IMG/VR virus record: IMGVR_UViG_3300035208_001807
Location: 1-64,000 of that record
DNA length: 64,000 bases
Direction: 5' to 3' (one strand)
Source of the DNA: a virus
Taxonomy: Duplodnaviria; Caudoviricetes
Below, one piece after another: positions 58,214-64,000 of the stretch. The number at the start of each line of letters is the position of its first letter. Position 1 is the first letter of the stretch. A program made the translations under genes and the position numbers. Below the pieces are notes generated by a model. That model saw only the letters and a list, made by a program, of their open reading frames with translations, was not told where the DNA came from and searched no databases.

Positions 58214-59773
58214 ATGACGGAAGGTTTCAAGAAGTTGCTGAAGATCTTGTTGGTCTTCGCGGTCTTGGGTGGTGGCTATTACTACCTCAAGTCCACGGGC
58301 ACCATCAAGAAGATGAATGCGGTCGGTTCCAAACCGATCCCGAAGGACGCTTTTGGTGGCGGCAGCTCTGATGCCCCTGGGAAACTGACTCGGCCAATGA
58401 CGGTCGGGCTCTGTACCTTCCCTGGTTATTCGGGCGGCCCCTATTACAACAACGGCTTCAAGGCCAGCGAGAATAGCGGATTCTTCCGCGACTCAGGCCT
58501 GAAGGTGCAGTTCATCCAGAACGACAATGCTGAAGGTGGTAAGGCGGCTTGGCGTAAGGGTGCGTACGATGCCTGGTGGTGCACGATCGACTCCTTCCCG
58601 GTGGACGCAGGTGGATTGGCTGAAAACGAGCCAGTCATGATCTTGCAGTCCGACTGGTCACGAGGTGCCGATGCTATCGTGGTCTCCAACGACATCAAGA
58701 CGGTTGCTGACTTGAAGGGCAAGGAAATTGCTTGCGCTATCGGCTCTCCGTCACACACGCTCCTACTTTGGATGCTGTCATCCAACAACATGTCGATGTC
58801 TGACATCGAGTTGGTTACGGTCCAGAATGCGATCGATGCGGCCAGTATGTTCAAGGCTCGCAAGGTCAAGGCTGCTGTGGTTTGGGCGCCGGACGATTCC
58901 GACTGTGTCGCTAACGTCCCCGGTGCTCATGTCTTGGTTAGCTCCAAGACTGCCTCGAAGATCATCGCTGACTGCTTCTATGTCAAGAGGTCGTTCTTGG
59001 ATGCTCATCCAGACGATGTCAAGGCATTGGTCCGCGGGTGGTTGAAGGGTGCAGCTGACATCAACTCTTCGGATACGGCACGCCGGAAGGCTGCTCAGAT
59101 CCTTGCGGTTGGTTTCAACGTTGACGAGGCCTTCTGTTATGAGGGCATCGGAAACGTTCGCCTGTGTACCTATGGCGATAACCTCAACTTCTTTGGTCTG
59201 AACCGAGCCTATGTCGGCCAGACAGGCCAGAAGCTCTACGAGAAGATGGGCCCTCTCTGGCAGACCTTGAAGTTGGCCAGTGATACTATGCCTGCTTGGC
59301 GTGCTCTCACGGATCAAGAAGTTCTGCGTGGGATCACGGACCTGAAGCGTACAGCTGACCTTGCCGAGGGCGAGAAGCAGTTCGCAAAGCTGGATGTGGT
59401 TACTGAAGAGAAACTGCAGTCCATCTCTACCAATCGGGTGACGATCAACTTCGCCTCTGGTTCAGCTACACTGGACGAGACGGCCAAGTACATCATCCAG
59501 GACAAGTTCGGTCCTATGGTGCAAGGCTTCGAAGCTGCTCGTGTTCGTGTCGAGGGCAATACCGATAATATCGGTGACTCGGCTATGAACGTACGCCTCT
59601 CGAAGGCTCGTGCACAGGCGGTTGTTAACTTCCTTGTCGAGAAGTATCGACTGGACTCTGACCGCTTCGTGGTTCGTGGCAACGGGATGGATAATCCGGT
59701 GGCTGGCAATGATACCGACGAAGGTCGGGCTGCCAACCGTCGTACGGACTTCGAACTTCTGCAGGAGAAGTAA
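58214..59773 (+). CDS. NMT1/SsuA-type substrate-binding protein fused to OmpA domain
   Basis: DWSRGADAIV..IKTVADLKGK; EGNTD..LSKARA..NRRTDF. Confidence 0.85.
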   Translation: MTEGFKKLLKILLVFAVLGGGYYYLKSTGTIKKMNAVGSKPIPKDAFGGGSSDAPGKLTRPMTVGLCTFPGYSGGPYYNNGFKASENSGFFRDSGLKVQFIQNDNAEGGKAAWRKGAYDAWWCTIDSFPVDAGGLAENEPVMILQSDWSRGADAIVVSNDIKTVADLKGKEIACAIGSPSHTLLLWMLSSNNMSMSDIELVTVQNAIDAASMFKARKVKAAVVWAPDDSDCVANVPGAHVLVSSKTASKIIADCFYVKRSFLDAHPDDVKALVRGWLKGAADINSSDTARRKAAQILAVGFNVDEAFCYEGIGNVRLCTYGDNLNFFGLNRAYVGQTGQKLYEKMGPLWQTLKLASDTMPAWRALTDQEVLRGITDLKRTADLAEGEKQFAKLDVVTEEKLQSISTNRVTINFASGSATLDETAKYIIQDKFGPMVQGFEAARVRVEGNTDNIGDSAMNVRLSKARAQAVVNFLVEKYRLDSDRFVVRGNGMDNPVAGNDTDEGRAANRRTDFELLQEK

Positions 59774-60579
59774 TGTTCTCTGGTCTCTTTACACTGAGGG
59801 GGTCTACTTCCAAACAGGCCTCCTCAGTTATGACCTTTACGGGGATTGCAGCCCTTCTACTGATTTGGGAGCTCGCCGTCTGGTGCGGCTTCATCAGTGA
59901 GGGGTTGTTGCCCTCTCCTGTGTCAGTGTTTAAGGCCTATGGGCCTTTACTGCATAGGGATGATCTGATCCCCAATGTCATCTACTCATTCCGGCTTAAC
60001 CTTTGGTCTTACCTAGAAGCAATTGCGATCGCTGTTCCTCTAGGTTTTATCATTGGTCTTTTCCCTGTGTTCAGGGAGTCCCTGCGAACACCACTCGATG
60101 CATTACGGTTCTTACCTATGACCGCTTTAGTTGGTCCCTTCATTGGTTGGTTCGGCATTGCCGACAATATGAAGATCCAGTTCCTTGCAGCTTGTATCGC
60201 TGTCTATCTGCTTCCAGTAGTTGTGCAGCGAGTGCAGGAAACGAACGAGATCTACGTTCAAGCAGTTCTTACGCTTAGTGCTAAGCAGTGGCATAGGATT
60301 ACGAAGGTCTTCATACCAGACGTAATGTCTAAGGTATTTGATGACATTCGTGTCATGGTTGCTATCTCTTGGACTTATTTGATCGTGGCAGAAGGCGTTA
60401 ACAACACGGGTGGCGTTGGTGCCATGTGTTATATCGCCGGCCGGCAGAGCAGATTCGATAAGGTATTTGCCATCTTAGTGGTAATTATCCTTATCGGGTA
60501 TGTGCAGGACAAGATCTTCATGTGGCTGGACAGAATTCTGTTCCCCCACAAATTCCAAGGAGCTTCTCATGCGAAGTAA
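59773..60579 (+). CDS. ABC permease (SsuC/TauC type)
   Basis: LLPSP, multiple TMs, ISWTYLIVAE. Confidence 0.85.
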   Translation: MFSGLFTLRGSTSKQASSVMTFTGIAALLLIWELAVWCGFISEGLLPSPVSVFKAYGPLLHRDDLIPNVIYSFRLNLWSYLEAIAIAVPLGFIIGLFPVFRESLRTPLDALRFLPMTALVGPFIGWFGIADNMKIQFLAACIAVYLLPVVVQRVQETNEIYVQAVLTLSAKQWHRITKVFIPDVMSKVFDDIRVMVAISWTYLIVAEGVNNTGGVGAMCYIAGRQSRFDKVFAILVVIILIGYVQDKIFMWLDRILFPHKFQGASHAK

Positions 60580-61222
60580 GTCATTACTGGTTGCGCTTCT
60601 GATGCTGATGGCAAACGTTTCTTTTGGACTGGGTCTCTCAGCCCGCGTGGATACCTCCACAAAGTACATGTACCGCGGTATCCAGATCGAGAACAACGCG
60701 GTTCTGCAGCCCAGCCTTTCTGTCTTGGCTGGACCTGTGGTCGTGGGTGGCTTTGCCAACTACAACTTGGACCTGAACCAGTACGACGAAGTTGATGCCT
60801 TTGGCTCACTTTCGTTCGGGCTGGGTCGCTTTGCTGCTACGGTCGGCGCCCAGGGTTACTTCCTTGATGGCATCGATGACATGGCTGACGTTAACATGTC
60901 ACTCATTCATACTGATGTTAAGGGCTTTACCCTTACCGGTGCCTATAACTTCCTTAATTGGAAGGGTCTTTACGCTGAGCTGAACTATGGGTACCTCGTG
61001 CCTATGCATTCATTCTCTCTGGCTCCTACCATGGGAGTTGGCTACAACAAGGACTACATGCGTGTGGGCAGTGGCTTGTCCCACGTCTATCTGTCTATTC
61101 CCCTGACTTACCAATGGGGTAAGAAAGCCCGCCTTATCTTGACAGGATTCCACCAAGAACACTTGTCAGATGACTTCAAATCGGTTACGATGGGCCAGTT
61201 CAGCTTCGTCCGGGACATCTAA
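60569..61222 (+). CDS. Putative outer-membrane beta-barrel (TorF-like)
   Basis: Signal peptide, KYMYRG..VLQP, alternating aromatic beta strands; AAGGAG RBS. Confidence 0.6.
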   Translation: MRSKSLLVALLMLMANVSFGLGLSARVDTSTKYMYRGIQIENNAVLQPSLSVLAGPVVVGGFANYNLDLNQYDEVDAFGSLSFGLGRFAATVGAQGYFLDGIDDMADVNMSLIHTDVKGFTLTGAYNFLNWKGLYAELNYGYLVPMHSFSLAPTMGVGYNKDYMRVGSGLSHVYLSIPLTYQWGKKARLILTGFHQEHLSDDFKSVTMGQFSFVRDI

Positions 61223-61223
61223 C

Positions 61224-62021
61224 ATGGCCAAGCAGGAAACTGACAACTATCTTATCGAGTTCAAGGATGTGTGTCAGAGCTATCCCGATAAGAAGGACGT
61301 AATCAAGGGCTTTGACCTGATCGTAGACCAGGAGCCTGGTACCGATAAGGTTATTGGTATCCTTGGTCCTTCTGGTTGTGGGAAGTCGACCATCCTGCGC
61401 TATCTCTCTGCCCTACAAAAGCCCACCTCTGGTGGTGTTTTCATCAAGGGCGAGCCGATTACGGACAACACTGTTGTAGGGATGGTGTTTCAACAGTATT
61501 CATCTTTACCATGGTATACTGTGTTGGAAAATGTTGCGCTTGGTCTTGAGCTTCGCGGAGTTCCTCTCAAGGAACGTACCGAGAAGGCCATGGAAATGAT
61601 CAAGCTGGTGGGCCTTGAAGGACATGAGAAGAAGCGCGCACTGTCACCTGCGCTCTCAGGTGGGCAGTTGCAGCGCGTTGCGATTGGCCGGAGTCTTCTA
61701 GCCAACTCACAAATTCTCTTGATGGATGAGCCTTTTGGTGCTCTTGATGTGAGTACCAGGCTTAGTATGCAGGAACTGCTGCGTAGCGTTCTTAGCATGC
61801 CAGATGACATGACAGTAATGTTTGTTACTCATGACATTCCGGAAGCTGTCTATCTCTCGGATGAGATCCAGATTATGGGAGCTAATCCTGGGCGTATAGT
61901 TGATACTATCGAACTCAACTGGCCTAAGGATAGAGAGCCCTCAATCAAGCGAGAGCCGAAGTTCGTAAAGATGGTCTACGATATCGAAGATCGTATGGCC
62001 AAGTTGAAGAAGCAGAAGTAG
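61224..62021 (+). CDS. ABC ATPase (SsuB/TauB type)
   Basis: GPSGCGKST, LSGGQ, LMDEPFGALD, VTHD. Confidence 0.92.
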   Translation: MAKQETDNYLIEFKDVCQSYPDKKDVIKGFDLIVDQEPGTDKVIGILGPSGCGKSTILRYLSALQKPTSGGVFIKGEPITDNTVVGMVFQQYSSLPWYTVLENVALGLELRGVPLKERTEKAMEMIKLVGLEGHEKKRALSPALSGGQLQRVAIGRSLLANSQILLMDEPFGALDVSTRLSMQELLRSVLSMPDDMTVMFVTHDIPEAVYLSDEIQIMGANPGRIVDTIELNWPKDREPSIKREPKFVKMVYDIEDRMAKLKKQK

Positions 62022-62104
62022 AGATACTCAAGTAGCAACGAGGACGGGCTGTAAACCCGTTGCCCGCGAGGGCTTCGTAGGTGCAAGTCCTACTCTCTAC
62101 ACCA
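62018..62104 (+). tRNA. tRNA-Tyr(GTA)
   Basis: ACGGG-CTGTAAA-CCCGT, long variable arm, ACCA. Confidence 0.85.
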
Positions 62105-62115
62105 TTGAGGGACTT

Positions 62116-62451
62116 ATGCCTCCATCCAAACGTGTTCCTAACCAGGTTCCTGAAGGTACAAAGATTGTACCGTCAGAGCAGTGGTATAAGGACAGACACC
62201 TATACTTTACGACTATGCCTCGTGAGATGTGCATTGGGGTCGTGAAGGCTTGTGATTATGGCAAGCTCCTAGTAGTATGGCCCGAAGGTTGCTCTGGTGG
62301 CAATCCAGGCGGAGAGGCAGCTAATAAACTGCCTCGTAGTGAGTATGCAAGGGCTTGGTGGGTGAATGCCCCCGATATGCTTTTAGAAGGCTATGCCTTC
62401 GAGCCTGCTCCTGAACGTGCTCGTCCTAAGCTGGACCAACTAGTAGATTAG
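62116..62451 (+). CDS. Hypothetical protein with C-terminal LDQLVD
   Basis: GAGGG RBS; lies between tRNAs. Confidence 0.55.
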   Translation: MPPSKRVPNQVPEGTKIVPSEQWYKDRHLYFTTMPREMCIGVVKACDYGKLLVVWPEGCSGGNPGGEAANKLPRSEYARAWWVNAPDMLLEGYAFEPAPERARPKLDQLVD

Positions 62452-62524
62452 TCATGGTGGCCGAGTGGTTAGGTTGCGGCCTGCAAAGCCGCCTACGAGA
62501 GTCCGATTCTCTCCCATGACTCCA
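62451..62524 (+). tRNA. tRNA-Cys(GCA)
   Basis: GCGGC-CTGCAAA-GCCGC, U73, CCA. Confidence 0.88.
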
Positions 62525-62536
62525 TTTGAGGTCTTC

Positions 62537-62803
62537 ATGAACCCCATTATCCAGAACTGGACTATCTCTCCCCATAAGTCAAAAGATGGACGTTGGTACT
62601 TCAGACTTCATGGTAACATCCATGGGCATCCTGACTACCCCCGGATCACTGATGGTGAGTACTGCCATACCTCCGAGATTCTCTCTATTGATTTTAGGGA
62701 TAATCTTGTAGTTACTAGGAGTCGCACCTATCAGCTTGGGAAGCCAGAACCCGAGAGCACTCTTAATAAGGCTATGGTTCTCAATGAACTTACTAAGGCT
62801 TAA
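62537..62803 (+). CDS. Hypothetical phage protein
   Basis: IQNW...LHGNIHGHP...DG...TSEI...TRSRTYQLG. Confidence 0.55.
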   Translation: MNPIIQNWTISPHKSKDGRWYFRLHGNIHGHPDYPRITDGEYCHTSEILSIDFRDNLVVTRSRTYQLGKPEPESTLNKAMVLNELTKA

Positions 62804-63566
62804 GAAGTTTGCCAATGGACGGGTCTATGCCCTCCAGACTCAAGATGGCTATCCTCTTGAGACGACGGACACATTCCTTCCCTCTTATACTAAAGAGGCA
62901 ACTGGGCGCCGGCAAAATACCCTATCTAATACTGATTTAGGTAGCAGGCATAACCGGTGGATGGTTGGTGTGTCAGTAATGTCAGGCTGTCCTGTGGGAT
63001 GTAAGTTCTGTGCGACTGGTCAGTTGTCTAGATGGCGTAAGCTGACCGCTGATGAGATCGTGGACCAGGTCAAGTTCATCGTTGGATCTAATCCCGACTA
63101 TAACCCAAATGAGGCCTATGAGTTCAAGATCAACTATACCCGCATGGGTGAGCCTTTTCTGAACTTAGAGGCCGTAAAAGAGGCCATAGGACGCATTTCT
63201 GAGCTATTCCCGAAGGCCCATCACTACGTCTCAACTATCGGAGTCAAAGGCTCGACTTTTGACTGGATTCATGATAGGATAACCCTACAGTTGAGTTTGC
63301 ACAGTTTAGATGAAACTCGACGCCATGCCTTGATCCCATATCCTACAATGTCTATTGAGGAGTTGGGGCAAGTTCGTACGAAGAGTGCCCTGAAGACGAC
63401 GGTGAATTTGACCTTAGTTGACAAGGCCGATTTTGACATACAGGCTCTTAAGAAGTACTTCGATCCTATGTACTTCTTCATCAAGCTGAGCCCTATCAAT
63501 CCTAATGCAACGTCTGAGAAGAATGGACTAGGCAAAGGGATTGTGCAGCAGATCAATCTGGTATAA
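62784..63566 (+). CDS. RlmN/Cfr-like radical SAM protein lacking C-terminal tail
   Basis: LET, SGCPVGCKFCATG, LTADEIVDQV, MGEP, VST, LSLH. Confidence 0.85.
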   Translation: MNLLRLKKFANGRVYALQTQDGYPLETTDTFLPSYTKEATGRRQNTLSNTDLGSRHNRWMVGVSVMSGCPVGCKFCATGQLSRWRKLTADEIVDQVKFIVGSNPDYNPNEAYEFKINYTRMGEPFLNLEAVKEAIGRISELFPKAHHYVSTIGVKGSTFDWIHDRITLQLSLHSLDETRRHALIPYPTMSIEELGQVRTKSALKTTVNLTLVDKADFDIQALKKYFDPMYFFIKLSPINPNATSEKNGLGKGIVQQINLV

Positions 63567-63576
63567 GGAGTCTCCC

Positions 63577-63699
63577 ATGGAAGATATCAAGAATCAACTC
63601 GAAGCGGCCGGCTATGACTTTGCCGTCGCGATCGCGACCCAAGCGGAGATTAATAACCAGGCAGCCTGCGGCCAGCTTGCCATCGTAACCTCCGAATAA
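63577..63699 (+). CDS. 40-aa peptide carrying the RlmN AACGQL motif
   Basis: AAGGAG RBS; MEDIKNQLEAAGYDFAVAIATQAEINNQAACGQLAIVTSE. Confidence 0.85.
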   Translation: MEDIKNQLEAAGYDFAVAIATQAEINNQAACGQLAIVTSE

Positions 63700-63718
63700 C
63701 AAACCCTTTTACCCTTGC

Positions 63719-63794
63719 GGGGACATAGCTTAGCGGCCAAAGCGTCCGGCTGTCTACCGGAAGACCTGGGGTTCAAATCCCCATGTCCTCGCCA
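63719..63794 (+). tRNA. tRNA-Asp(GTC) with U37
   Basis: TCCGG-CTGTCTA-CCGGA, TTCAAAT T-loop, GCCA. Confidence 0.88.
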
Positions 63795-63807
63795 TATTTT
63801 CTCATAC

Positions 63808-63844
63808 ACGGCAGTGGTCCAACGGTTGGGCAGCGGCCTCCAAA
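63808..63844 (+). pseudogene. 5' half of interrupted tRNA-Trp(CCA)
   Basis: ACGGCAG-TG-GTCC..GGGC-A-GCGGC-CTCCAAA, then no GCCGC strand. Confidence 0.65.
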
Positions 63845-63895
63845 AGAATTAGTATCCAAACTCTAATTGGTGTTATAATACTCATGGAGGGTATT

Positions 63896-64000
63896 ATGGC
63901 AACCAAAGAATGGATTCAAACTCATCAGAAAGAGATGCGTGCTTATCGTAGAAAGCACTATCGAGCTAATAGAGAACAATATTATGCTCGTAATAGAAAA
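63896..64000 (+). CDS. Partial ORF, probable homing endonuclease N-terminus
   Basis: MATKEWIQTHQKEMRAYRRKHYRANREQYYARNRK; GGAGG RBS; TGTTATAAT upstream; truncated by window end. Confidence 0.5.
   Translation, partial: MATKEWIQTHQKEMRAYRRKHYRANREQYYARNRK

Noticed and set aside
62465-62536. N-terminal extension of ORF 62465..62803
   Set aside because: Overlaps tRNA-Cys; the ATG at 62537 has a GAGG RBS.
63564-63579. Readthrough or frameshift error joining the rSAM and the peptide
   Set aside because: Different frames, a clean AAGGAG RBS and ATG, and no slippery run; not excluded without reads.

Overview
A 64-kb piece of a large contractile-tailed dsDNA phage. The host is probably diderm, inferred from an OmpA-domain protein and a beta-barrel porin-like gene. 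Bases 1-~29.9 kb are on the minus strand: tail tube, sheath, neck proteins, major capsid, protease/scaffold, portal, large terminase, Gly-rich putative virion proteins, two HNH genes, a tubulin/FtsZ-family GTPase and accessory genes. From ~30.2 kb all genes are on the plus strand: a terminator-punctuated array of small genes, RNA-repair and nucleotide enzymes, two SSBs, a nadE-pncA-pncB cluster, a ParB-like module, NADAR, a full ABC importer with porin, tRNAs and a radical-SAM gene. Best candidate new system: an RlmN/Cfr-like radical SAM enzyme that lacks the resolving Cys. Its methyl-carrier AACGQL tail is encoded as a separate 40-aa peptide missing from the ORF track, next to a tRNA-Asp with U at position 37. 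This suggests peptide-to-RNA crosslinking. Other highlights: an HNH gene that splits a tRNA-Ser and carries a replacement tRNA, a C-terminal LxxLVD tag on four unrelated proteins, and stray tail-tube/capsid and sheath paralogs that may be decoys. All calls come from motif recognition by eye; no searches were run.
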